Shown piece after piece: positions 56,044 to 64,000 of a DNA stretch of 64,000 nucleotides. Position numbers and translations under genes: made by a program. Below the pieces are notes generated by a model. The model ran no database searches. It had not been told where the DNA came from and was given only the letters and a program-made list of their open reading frames with translations. Every line of letters begins with the position of its first letter. The first letter of the stretch is position 1. This stretch comes from an uncultured virus (IMG/VR IMGVR_UViG_3300032309_003726) (Duplodnaviria > Heunggongvirae > Uroviricota > Caudoviricetes): IMG/VR virus record IMGVR_UViG_3300032309_003726, one strand, 5' to 3'.

Positions 56044-56719
56044 AATTTTCTTTTTCTATAAAACAAATGCTCGGGTAAAAATGCAGGGCGTAGATATCAT
56101 AGTCACAATCTATTTTTGATAATTTGTTTTCTAGCACTGATTTTTGTTTGTCAACTGCCCTTGCGTTGATTCCAAAATTATCTTCTGTGTAATTCCCAAA
56201 CATATTTATTTTATCAATACTATTTTTCAAGTACTCCATTGGAGATATTGTGTGGTTTTGAGAACAACTTTTACAATAAGATGTATGTAAATCTTCTATA
56301 ACATAAATTCCACCTTGTTTCAACAAGGGAAATAAGATTTTAAAAGAGATTACAACATCTTCCCAAAAATGACTACCATCATCTATTATAACCTCAAATG
56401 GACCGTATTTTTTTTCTAAATCAGTGAGAAAAGATTTGTCTTTTTGATCTCCAATTTCTATTTTTATCCTATCATCTTCATATCGCTTGCAATAATCTTT
56501 AATGTCTATCCCCAATATATTTGCGTTTGGGAAATAGTCTCGCCATGCAACTAGCGACCGCCCTTGCATTACACCTATTTCAAGTAGATTCAATTTTTTA
56601 TCTCGATATTTTAAAAAGTGCAAATCATATTTTTCACAATAATTGTGTCTCATGCATTTATCGCCACCTTTGGACCCACTGGTGAGATATTTGCTTGAAA
56701 TTTGAGATAAATTTTGCAT
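56015..56719 (-). CDS. Sugar O-methyltransferase (MycE/TylE-like class I)
   Basis: LLEIGV..G.SL..W.DYFP, GIDI, GDQ, IIDDGSH, GGIYVIEDL. Confidence 0.85.
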   Translation of the reverse strand: MQNLSQISSKYLTSGSKGGDKCMRHNYCEKYDLHFLKYRDKKLNLLEIGVMQGRSLVAWRDYFPNANILGIDIKDYCKRYEDDRIKIEIGDQKDKSFLTDLEKKYGPFEVIIDDGSHFWEDVVISFKILFPLLKQGGIYVIEDLHTSYCKSCSQNHTISPMEYLKNSIDKINMFGNYTEDNFGINARAVDKQKSVLENKLSKIDCDYDIYALHFYPSICFIEKENYEKFKRKIY

Positions 56720-56728
56720 ATATTATAT

Positions 56729-57670
56729 ATGAGAAAAGCCTATTTATATGCAACCGGGGGACTTGCGGATATACTCAGGGAGCTTTATAGAACCTACCGT
56801 TACTGCAAAAAAAATAATTTTAATTTAATATATTTTGAAACCGAATACTATAAGTCTTCTAATTTTTTTGATATTTTTAAATTTAATTTTGATATTCCAT
56901 TCGCTTATGGTGAAAAAAAATTAAATGTTGAGAACTTACAATATTTTCAAAATCAATATATAAATGGAAATAATTATTGTTTTTTTTGTGATAGCTGTAG
57001 GAGCAACAGGCGTGTTTGTATAAAACAATACTTAAACAAAAAAATAATTCCCGAAGATGTTTTTAATTGTTGTTATGAAACAAACTTTGGGTCTTTCCTT
57101 GCATTAAAAAATTTAGAATTAAAAGAAAAATTTAAAATTAAATTAAAAAATTATATAAAAAAAAATAAACTCGATCAAGATTACATGTCCGTACACATAA
57201 GAGGAACCGACAGATCTAATGACTATAGAAAATACGGATTTAGTAATATAAACGAATACATTGAAAAAGTTTCAATACAAATAAATCAATCAAAAATTCC
57301 AGTGTATGTTTCTACGGATGATGCTTATATTTTAGAGTTACTAATAAAAAAAACAAATAAAGATTTCTTGTTCAATGAAGAAATAATTTTTCAATTAAAC
57401 AAGAAAAATCTTCACTCCGAGGGAGATAAAAATCCTAAAATTTTAGAAAATGCGGTGATTGATTTATTTGTTTTGGCAAGAGGATTAGATATAATTCCCT
57501 CTGTTGGGGGTTTTTCTAGATTAGCTTTTCAACTATGGGGCGATCAACCAACAGGGGATTCGTTAAATAAAAAAATAGGAAAAAAAATATTATTAGTAGA
57601 AGATTTTGTTGATGCAAATTTTAAAGAAATATCAAAAAATTTTTATTATCAAAAAATTTTGTTTCTTTAA
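56729..57670 (+). CDS. Fucosyltransferase-like (NodZ/GT23/GT11-type)
   Basis: GGLAD, SVHIRGTD, VYVSTD, AVIDLFVLA, GGFSR. Confidence 0.7.
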   Translation: MRKAYLYATGGLADILRELYRTYRYCKKNNFNLIYFETEYYKSSNFFDIFKFNFDIPFAYGEKKLNVENLQYFQNQYINGNNYCFFCDSCRSNRRVCIKQYLNKKIIPEDVFNCCYETNFGSFLALKNLELKEKFKIKLKNYIKKNKLDQDYMSVHIRGTDRSNDYRKYGFSNINEYIEKVSIQINQSKIPVYVSTDDAYILELLIKKTNKDFLFNEEIIFQLNKKNLHSEGDKNPKILENAVIDLFVLARGLDIIPSVGGFSRLAFQLWGDQPTGDSLNKKIGKKILLVEDFVDANFKEISKNFYYQKILFL

Positions 57671-58278
57671 AATTTATAATCAAATTTTTTGATATCCTCA
57701 AAATACCATTTTTCTACAATTTCTTGAGTTCTAGTTGTGTAATATTTTTTGTAATTTTTGTGAAAAGTTTTATTTAAATGTGGTAAATTTTTATCAAATA
57801 ATTTTTTAAAATCTATTTCTAAATTTTCAAACCTACCTATAAAATCAAAAAAATTTTCACCTACCCAGTTTGTTTGAGGCGATAACCAGAAACCGTTTAA
57901 ATTTTCTAATCCTTGTTCTTTATTTTCGTGTTTAATAATCCAATCTTCAAAAGTAGTAACCTTTGACAAATAAACTGTTTCGTAACTACCCAATGGCTGG
58001 TGTTTTAAAGTTTTTAAGTTTTTTAAATAAAAAAAAGTAGAAACAAGTCTATCCCAAGGATTTCTAACAAAACAAAATTTAATTTTTTTTTCCCAATTTT
58101 TTATTTTTGTTTTTATTATGTCAACCTTTTCGCCAAATAAAAAATTTCCCGATTTCGTGTGCCAATGACAATTACATCCATGAATATCCAGGGATCTTTC
58201 TATACTAGTGCCACCGGTTTTTGGTATGTGTAAAAAAATAAAATCACCGAAACAATGTTTTTCATCTAAAAAAAGCAT
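57667..58278 (-). CDS. Sulfotransferase family 2
   Basis: FLHIPKTGGTSI, FVRNPWDRLVS, IGRFENL..DF. Confidence 0.9.
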   Translation of the reverse strand: MLFLDEKHCFGDFIFLHIPKTGGTSIERSLDIHGCNCHWHTKSGNFLFGEKVDIIKTKIKNWEKKIKFCFVRNPWDRLVSTFFYLKNLKTLKHQPLGSYETVYLSKVTTFEDWIIKHENKEQGLENLNGFWLSPQTNWVGENFFDFIGRFENLEIDFKKLFDKNLPHLNKTFHKNYKKYYTTRTQEIVEKWYFEDIKKFDYKF

Positions 58279-58310
58279 AAATTTATATTTTAAATTTCTA
58301 TTATAATTTT

Positions 58311-59183
58311 ATGAATTATAAAAAAATAGGTTTAGTTTATAGAGGGCAAGCACGCTACCCAACTATTGATATAAATAAAAAAGAAATTATTCTTTATTTC
58401 TCTAAAATAAAGAATAATAAATCGAGAATATACAAGATTGAGTTGTGTAAAAAAAATCCAAAAATTATTAAAAAAAACATCTCTGGGCCATTATTTGAAT
58501 TGGGAAGTAATGGTTTTGATCATGACGGTCACGCCGCAAGATGCATCGTTGAATCCAGCGATAAAAAACTAATGTATCTAATAGGTTGGAATAAAAAAAT
58601 TTCTCCACCCTATCATTTATCAATAGGCGTTGCTGAGTATCAAAATAAAAAGTGGATTAAAAAAGAAGCACCCGTTATGGACAGGAACATTGATGAACCT
58701 TATTTTTGTACTAGCCCTTGTGTTGTTTATGATTTTAAAAAACACATATACAAAATGTGGTATTGTTCTTGCACCGGATGGATTAAAAATGATCCGATAT
58801 ACCTAATCAGATATGCTGAATCTCAAGATGGATTTTATTGGAAAAGATTTTCAGATCCTTGTATAAACTACTCAAAAGAAATGGGTGCCATCGGCTGGCC
58901 TATGGTTTGGCAACAAAAAAATAAATATAAAATGATTTTTTCTTATAGAAACTCCAAAGATTATAAAAAAAACCCAAACAAAAGTTATCGTTTAGGATAT
59001 GCTGAGTCTACCTGCGGTAAAAAATGGAATATTATGAACGAATCTTTAAAAGGTTTAGAAAAATCGCAAAATGGTTGGGACTCGAAGATGGTCTGCTACA
59101 CTGCTATGTGTGGGAAATATTTATTTTATAATGGAAACGGATTCGGGAAAACGGGCATAGGTTTAGCCGAGGCTGAGGGTTGA
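58311..59183 (+). CDS. Five-bladed beta-propeller glycoside-hydrolase-like protein (GH32/43/130 clan)
   Basis: Repeated blade motifs IGVAE, YKMWY, IRYAESQDGFYW, LGYAES, LFYNGNGFGKTGIG. Confidence 0.7.
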   Translation: MNYKKIGLVYRGQARYPTIDINKKEIILYFSKIKNNKSRIYKIELCKKNPKIIKKNISGPLFELGSNGFDHDGHAARCIVESSDKKLMYLIGWNKKISPPYHLSIGVAEYQNKKWIKKEAPVMDRNIDEPYFCTSPCVVYDFKKHIYKMWYCSCTGWIKNDPIYLIRYAESQDGFYWKRFSDPCINYSKEMGAIGWPMVWQQKNKYKMIFSYRNSKDYKKNPNKSYRLGYAESTCGKKWNIMNESLKGLEKSQNGWDSKMVCYTAMCGKYLFYNGNGFGKTGIGLAEAEG

Positions 59184-59774
59184 TTATTTCTTAGGTCTAA
59201 ATCTCAAAGACAGGTCGGGGTAATCAGGCTTCTTTATGTTTTCATCTTTTAAAAATGTTGACAAAATTAAACCTCTTGCTCCTTGCTCTGGCGTCATATA
59301 CATATTCCAACCAATAACTTCAAAAATATCTTGTTGCATCAATGATACTTCCTCCCTGCCTTCATACCTAGCAAGTTTAAACCAATTTCTCGCAATTTCA
59401 TCATCGGTGAATATCATGCCGCCTTTGCCTATATTCAAAATTTTATTTGGACTAAAAGACACACATTGAAAAGTTCCCGATTCATACATTCCTCTTGATA
59501 GTTTGCAAGCGCTATCGTAAATCGGATATGGTTTTAATTGATAACTTCCAATCCATTTAATGTCTTCAAAGAAAACTGAGCCTCCTGCATGAATAATAGA
59601 ACAGGGGACCGAGATATACGTTCTAGATGGAATGGTAACTTGTTGAACTTTTAAGTAATAACAACATAAAAACAAAGCATTGGTGCAGCTATCCACCGCA
59701 ACAGCATATTTACTGCCGACGTATTCTGCCATGGCTTCTTCAAAATCACGAACCACTTTATAAGCTATCGACAT
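59184..59774 (-). CDS. Short DegT/DnrJ/EryC1/StrS PLP-dependent aminotransferase
   Basis: FEEAMAEYVG.KYAVAVDSCTNAL, IYDSA, SFSPNKIL (catalytic Lys), GKGGMI, GWNMYM. Confidence 0.8.
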   Translation of the reverse strand: MSIAYKVVRDFEEAMAEYVGSKYAVAVDSCTNALFLCCYYLKVQQVTIPSRTYISVPCSIIHAGGSVFFEDIKWIGSYQLKPYPIYDSACKLSRGMYESGTFQCVSFSPNKILNIGKGGMIFTDDEIARNWFKLARYEGREEVSLMQQDIFEVIGWNMYMTPEQGARGLILSTFLKDENIKKPDYPDLSLRFRPKK

Positions 59775-59782
59775 AAGGATCC

Positions 59783-60583
59783 CTAACAGGAAAAAAAATT
59801 TATATTCGAAAATTTATTTATTATTTTATTTTTATCAATTAAATAATTTTTAGATAAATTAAGTTTTTCTAGATTTAGTTGATAAAAAGAATCTGGTAAA
59901 CAACTAATACAATTAGAGTAAAGGGTAATTTCTTTTAAACTTTTACAAAAACCAATATTATTTGGTAATTCTCTTAACTTGTTTTTTGCGAGCCGCAAAC
60001 CGACCAAATTTTGCAAATTACAAAAATTTTCAGGTAGGTATTCTATATCATTTACAACCAAAGACAACCACTTTAAGTTTTTAAAATCACAAATCCAGTC
60101 TGGTAGTCTTGTGATTTTAGTTACACCAAATGAAAAAAATTCCAAATTTTTTAAATGAGTTATGTCTGGTATGTCTAAAAAATTGTTTAGGTAAAGATTT
60201 AAAAACTTTATAGTTTTAGGAATTTGTAAATAAGAAAAATTGTTTTTGTGTAATTTCAAAGTCTCTAAAGGTAAGTGTTCTAAATTTGGCAAATGTTCAA
60301 AAAAATTTGAACCCAAATTTAAATACTTTAAATTTTTTAAATCCAACACCCATTCTGGGAAAACACTTAAATTATTGCAGCTTAAATCTAGAAACTCAAT
60401 TTGTTTACTTTTAAAAACAGGGAGGTGACTTAATCTGCATTTTCTTAAGTTAACCGTTTTTAAACAATCCAGATCAGCAAACTTTGTAACTATTTCGTGT
60501 TTGTTTGGGAGATGGCGTATGTCGTTTTCAAAAGGATTATCTGCATTAAAGAAGCTTAAATCTGAGTTCTTTAACCACTCCAT
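59783..60583 (-). CDS. Leucine-rich repeat protein
   Basis: Multiple LxxLxLxxNxLxxLP repeats; ATG 60583 after AGGAGG. Confidence 0.9.
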   Translation of the reverse strand: MEWLKNSDLSFFNADNPFENDIRHLPNKHEIVTKFADLDCLKTVNLRKCRLSHLPVFKSKQIEFLDLSCNNLSVFPEWVLDLKNLKYLNLGSNFFEHLPNLEHLPLETLKLHKNNFSYLQIPKTIKFLNLYLNNFLDIPDITHLKNLEFFSFGVTKITRLPDWICDFKNLKWLSLVVNDIEYLPENFCNLQNLVGLRLAKNKLRELPNNIGFCKSLKEITLYSNCISCLPDSFYQLNLEKLNLSKNYLIDKNKIINKFSNINFFSC

Positions 60584-61272
60584 GTCAATCCTCCTTTTTT
60601 CAACCAACGATCACCTATAAAAGCATTTCTTCCATGAAGAATTAACTCATCATTAAAAAAGACAGCATCACCTTTTTTAAGATTGATATTAGTTAAAACA
60701 CCCATTTGTACTATTCTTTGCTCTAGATAAATGTGAAACTCCTCCGTTAAATCGCTTTTGGCTGCTCTAAAATAATTCCAATTACATTTATTTCCATTTA
60801 TAATTTTACTTGTTTTAAAATCATTTCCTTTTGAAAAAAGTATATCGGTTGCTTTTAATTTTTCAAGCAGGTCCGGCTTTTCTATTTTTAAACATTTTTT
60901 TAAAAGATCTAAATCCAAACAAGTGGTGGATCCTCCCACTTTAGCAGGCTTTAGACAAAAGAAAAAAGTAACATTAGGAGCAAGTGATTCATAAGAACCA
61001 TCTGTGTGTAAAGGCTGGCGTGTGTTAGAATGAGAAAAAGTATGTGATAGATTGGCATCGTATTTAATATCGGTCCAAAATTCTCCCGTTTTGTTTCCTG
61101 TTTTTATATCCTCCTTCATAGGAACTAATTTCCCAATTTCGGAGGCTTGTTCGGCCCAAAACCTGTCGTGGGTTGGCGAATTTCGAACAATGACAACTTT
61201 ATAATCATGCAAAAATTTTTTTATTTTTTTGCCTATTTTATTATTGCAATTCACTTCGATAATTAATTTCAT
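60571..61272 (-). CDS. TauD/TfdA-family Fe(II)/2OG dioxygenase
   Basis: PLHTDGSY, GGST, GDAVFFND..ILHGRNAF. Confidence 0.85.
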   Translation of the reverse strand: MKLIIEVNCNNKIGKKIKKFLHDYKVVIVRNSPTHDRFWAEQASEIGKLVPMKEDIKTGNKTGEFWTDIKYDANLSHTFSHSNTRQPLHTDGSYESLAPNVTFFFCLKPAKVGGSTTCLDLDLLKKCLKIEKPDLLEKLKATDILFSKGNDFKTSKIINGNKCNWNYFRAAKSDLTEEFHIYLEQRIVQMGVLTNINLKKGDAVFFNDELILHGRNAFIGDRWLKKGGLTWSG

Positions 61273-61673
61273 AGAAAATCCTTTTTAATTTGATCGATCC
61301 AATCAATCAATCTTTCTTCATCGATTGCTGGCATGGAATCGACTGACAAAGAGGAGACTTCTTCCCAGCCTAATCTTTTTAAAATAAAATCAACTATTTT
61401 TCTACTACCAAAAAATTCATATTCAAAACCAAAATAATTTCCTATTTCGCAAATGTAATACTTTTTATTTAAAGTAATCAAATTATTTAAAAAATTCTCA
61501 AAGCACTCCGGTAACTCTTCATCGCCTCTATTGGAAACAACAAAAAAAAATTCATCATATTGATGTATTTTTGGATCATCTTCGATAAATTTAATGGGAA
61601 TATTTAAATTTGTTGAAATTATTTTTGCAACAAATAAAGAATTCAACCCCCTACTGGATATAATTGTCACCAT
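61269..61673 (-). CDS. Flavodoxin-like protein
   Basis: IISSRGLNS..VA, VVSNRGDEELP, EIGNYFG..FFGS; ATG 61673. Confidence 0.65.
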   Translation of the reverse strand: MVTIISSRGLNSLFVAKIISTNLNIPIKFIEDDPKIHQYDEFFFVVSNRGDEELPECFENFLNNLITLNKKYYICEIGNYFGFEYEFFGSRKIVDFILKRLGWEEVSSLSVDSMPAIDEERLIDWIDQIKKDFL

Positions 61674-62289
61674 ACTCTTTGGCTGGAACTCCCATATACT
61701 TTTTGTAGGGTTTTGTGTTTTTTGTAACCATAGAAGACATAGCAACAAATGTTCCTTCTTCTAAAACAATGTGATCTTTGATTGAAGAATTGACGCCTAT
61801 CCAACAAAAAGATTTAATATGGCAATGGCCGCACACAACAACGTGCGAGGATAAAAAATTATTATCCTCAATTACAGAGTGGTGTCCTATGTGATTCCCA
61901 GACCACATAATAATGTTGTTGCCAACCTTAACAAAAGGCTGAATTGTATTGTCTTCCATAATGAAACAATTTTCGCCTACGGGAGAAAATACAGAGGATT
62001 TGCTACTAACATATGAGATCAATTCATATCCCTTTTGTTTAATTTCATTGCTTTTTTTTGACCTAAGTTGATTGTCATATATTGAAGCAAAAAATTTAAA
62101 TTCATTATTTGAAAATTGTTTATCTACTTCCTCAAAAGGAACAACAGGCAGACCTTCGAAATTAGTTTCTTTTAAAAAATCACCATCAACACAAAAAGCC
62201 ACCGGCTCGTAATGGGAATCATTTTTTAAATAAAAACTGGCCAGTGCGGATGTATCCTCTGTGCCGAATATTAGGACTTGTTGAGCCAT
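61651..62289 (-). CDS. Sugar O/N-acetyltransferase (NeuD/PglD, hexapeptide repeat)
   Basis: LbH repeats, IGHHS, GVPAK. Confidence 0.9.
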   Translation of the reverse strand: MAQQVLIFGTEDTSALASFYLKNDSHYEPVAFCVDGDFLKETNFEGLPVVPFEEVDKQFSNNEFKFFASIYDNQLRSKKSNEIKQKGYELISYVSSKSSVFSPVGENCFIMEDNTIQPFVKVGNNIIMWSGNHIGHHSVIEDNNFLSSHVVVCGHCHIKSFCWIGVNSSIKDHIVLEEGTFVAMSSMVTKNTKPYKKYMGVPAKEYGDNYIQ

Positions 62290-62909
62290 AATTTGGTTTC
62301 TTCTTCTTGTGTTAATATCAAATCTATTATAGAAAGTTTATTGCTAAATTTAGTAGGCTCTAAAAATTCTAAAAACACTCCTTCTTTTTCAAAATCTTCT
62401 CTATTGTAAAGATCGATTCCGCCACAAGCATTAACATAATGATTACAATTGAAATACTTGCAAATCTCAATTAATTTTTTAAAACCTGACTCTTTTGATA
62501 TATTTTCTGAATGTTTAAAGATGGTGTTCAATCCCAAGTAGCGAGATGTCCAAATTGTTGAATCACAAAGAATGTCTTTTAATTTTTCGTGGCCCGAAAG
62601 AGATAAAAAATAATTTAAAAATATTTTATTCTTAATTCCATAAGTGCAAATTATCTTCTTGTGTATATGAGCATTCCAATCTGAGCAGGCGGTGGTTATT
62701 TCGCTAATATTAGTTTTTTGTTTGTGGCTCTTTACCGGTATGACTATATTTTCGTTTTCTTTATGCGAAGACCTTATTCTATTTCTGTTGATCCATCCTC
62801 TTTTTGTAAATTGAACATCATTTAAAAAAACAAAAATATCGACATGTTTGATTAATTCAAAATAACCTATATAGGGGAAAAAATAAGGTTGCATTATTGC
62901 AATTTTCAT
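62271..62909 (-). CDS. WbqC-family protein
   Basis: IAIMQPYFFPYIGYF, DDVQ-like NDVQF, WINRNRI, YVNACGG..LY, LSIID. Confidence 0.9.
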   Translation of the reverse strand: MKIAIMQPYFFPYIGYFELIKHVDIFVFLNDVQFTKRGWINRNRIRSSHKENENIVIPVKSHKQKTNISEITTACSDWNAHIHKKIICTYGIKNKIFLNYFLSLSGHEKLKDILCDSTIWTSRYLGLNTIFKHSENISKESGFKKLIEICKYFNCNHYVNACGGIDLYNREDFEKEGVFLEFLEPTKFSNKLSIIDLILTQEEETKLWLNKS

Positions 62910-62913
62910 TTTA

Positions 62914-63267
62914 TTAGAATCCTTCCTGTGGCCAAATCAATTTTTTTTTGCCAAATTTAAGTTCATCTAAAAAATCTAAAAAATCTAAAAAATTACTTTT
63001 TTTAATAAAAAAACATTTATTTTGAGAAATCAAAAAATCTTCTGCGGAATTCAAACCGATCCATAACAAAACAGGGTCCGTGTCTGTGCAATAGAAACTA
63101 AAAACTTTATTTTTTGATACTGTACTCAATAATTGATCTTTATTAATTGAAATAAATTTTTTATTCCAAGTTTTCTGCCAATCACGCATCTTGCTTTCTA
63201 TTAAATAAATAATTTCAAAACCAAATATAGTGTTTTGTTTTCTTATTATATCTTGTAAATTTAACAT
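62914..63267 (-). CDS. Hypothetical protein
   Basis: 117 aa ORF heading the WbqC operon. Confidence 0.5.
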   Translation of the reverse strand: MLNLQDIIRKQNTIFGFEIIYLIESKMRDWQKTWNKKFISINKDQLLSTVSKNKVFSFYCTDTDPVLLWIGLNSAEDFLISQNKCFFIKKSNFLDFLDFLDELKFGKKKLIWPQEGF

Positions 63268-63302
63268 AAAATTTTATTTATTTTAAAGTACATATTTATA
63301 AT

Positions 63303-64000
63303 ATGAACATTTCTTTTATAATCCCATTCCACACAGCAAGATTTGATAATCTTTTGCAAACACTGAGATTTTTAACAAAAAATCACAATGAAACCATTAA
63401 AGGTTCTGAGTTGGTGACTGTGTGTCAAGACTCAATAGAGTTTTTAGCAAACAATCAAACAAAAGAACTATCCGATCTGTCGAATGAATTTAAAGTCAAT
63501 AAACATTTCAACATGGAAGAAAGTGAGATGATTCTTGCCAAAATGATAAACGTAGGGGTGAGAAATTGTTCTTTAAACAAAGTTATAGTTCTAGAAAGTG
63601 ATAGAATTCTTCCAAAAGATTATTTTAAAAATGTAGAAAATGAAATAAAACCAAAAACTTGTATCACTTGTAAGTGTATGAAAAAACTAACCAAAAATGC
63701 GAACGATGAAGAAATAACAAATGAATCTTTTGAATATAAAGATGAGTATAGAAGTGAAGAAAACCATATTGGATTAAGAAACATGTGGTCGGGCAACACG
63801 GCCTTTTGGCGTGATGATTTTTTTGAAGCCGACATGATGGATGAGGGTTATGTGGGGTATGGCTGGGCGGATAGCGACATGACCAACAAAATGAAAGAAA
63901 TAGGAGTAAAGTCAATTTTTCAAGATGAAATCGAATTGCACCTATGGCACCCATCGCAAACATACGGCAAAACAAATCAAAAACGCTTATTTATAAATAA
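63303..64000 (+). CDS. GT2/GT7C-like glycosyltransferase, partial (paralogue of 44316)
   Basis: Not in ORF track; manual translation MNISFIIPFH...VLESDRIL...NMWSGNTAF...GYGWADSD...LHLWH, open to the window end. Confidence 0.8.
   Translation, partial: MNISFIIPFHTARFDNLLQTLRFLTKNHNETIKGSELVTVCQDSIEFLANNQTKELSDLSNEFKVNKHFNMEESEMILAKMINVGVRNCSLNKVIVLESDRILPKDYFKNVENEIKPKTCITCKCMKKLTKNANDEEITNESFEYKDEYRSEENHIGLRNMWSGNTAFWRDDFFEADMMDEGYVGYGWADSDMTNKMKEIGVKSIFQDEIELHLWHPSQTYGKTNQKRLFIN

Noticed and set aside
59184..59774. DegT pseudogene
   Set aside because: No frameshifted remainder is visible, it abuts the convergent gene exactly and keeps the catalytic Lys; treated as a compact form
62965..62991. 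9-bp tandem repeat (ATCTAAAAA x3)
   Set aside because: Low-complexity in-frame FLD repeat in AT-rich coding sequence; no evidence of function
63620..63975. Minus-strand ORFs at the window end
   Set aside because: Antisense to a plus-strand GT starting at 63303 that runs off the window
1..64000. CRISPR array, rRNA, IS/transposase, integrase
   Set aside because: No regularly spaced direct repeats, no long non-coding tract and no transposase or recombinase motifs seen
1..64000. Stop-codon recoding as seen in some large phages
   Set aside because: TAA, TAG (e.g. 14868, 28475) and TGA (e.g. 18294) all end full-length genes and coding density is high under code 11

Overview
AT-rich, gene-dense 64-kb segment that most resembles the non-structural region of a large (jumbo/huge) dsDNA phage. 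This is inference: no capsid, tail or terminase genes are in the window. Supporting signs are two RNA ligases, two CsrA paralogues, a lone sigma-70 factor, orphan RuvB-like, ClpX, ARC/Mpa, MscL, Prs and ParB-like genes outside their usual operons, and a T4 capsid-targeting-like N-terminus. The host may be a planctomycete/PVC bacterium (weak inference from CsrA style and the ARC ATPase). Layout: (i) 1-17.3 kb is an all-minus-strand block of nucleic-acid and regulatory genes whose leaders repeatedly carry a 12-nt box, RATACYAWCTAR; (ii) 17.5-64 kb alternates strand and is dominated by about 18 soluble glycosyltransferase-like genes plus carbamoyl-, sulfo-, methyl- and acetyltransferases, 2OG-dioxygenases and an aminotransferase, with no flippase or exporter. 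Most unusual items: three paralogous SPASM-first radical SAM enzymes with a Cx13-14Cx2C motif and a shared L(V/I)QLTI C-terminus; three paralogous His-motif methyltransferases; a shared K-x(0-2)-hydrophobic C-terminal tail on many modification enzymes; a T-loop/terminator leader RNA before the ARC ATPase; and CsrA-type GGA hairpins in leaders. No rRNA, tRNA, CRISPR array or IS element was found. All function calls come from motif recognition by eye; no searches were run.
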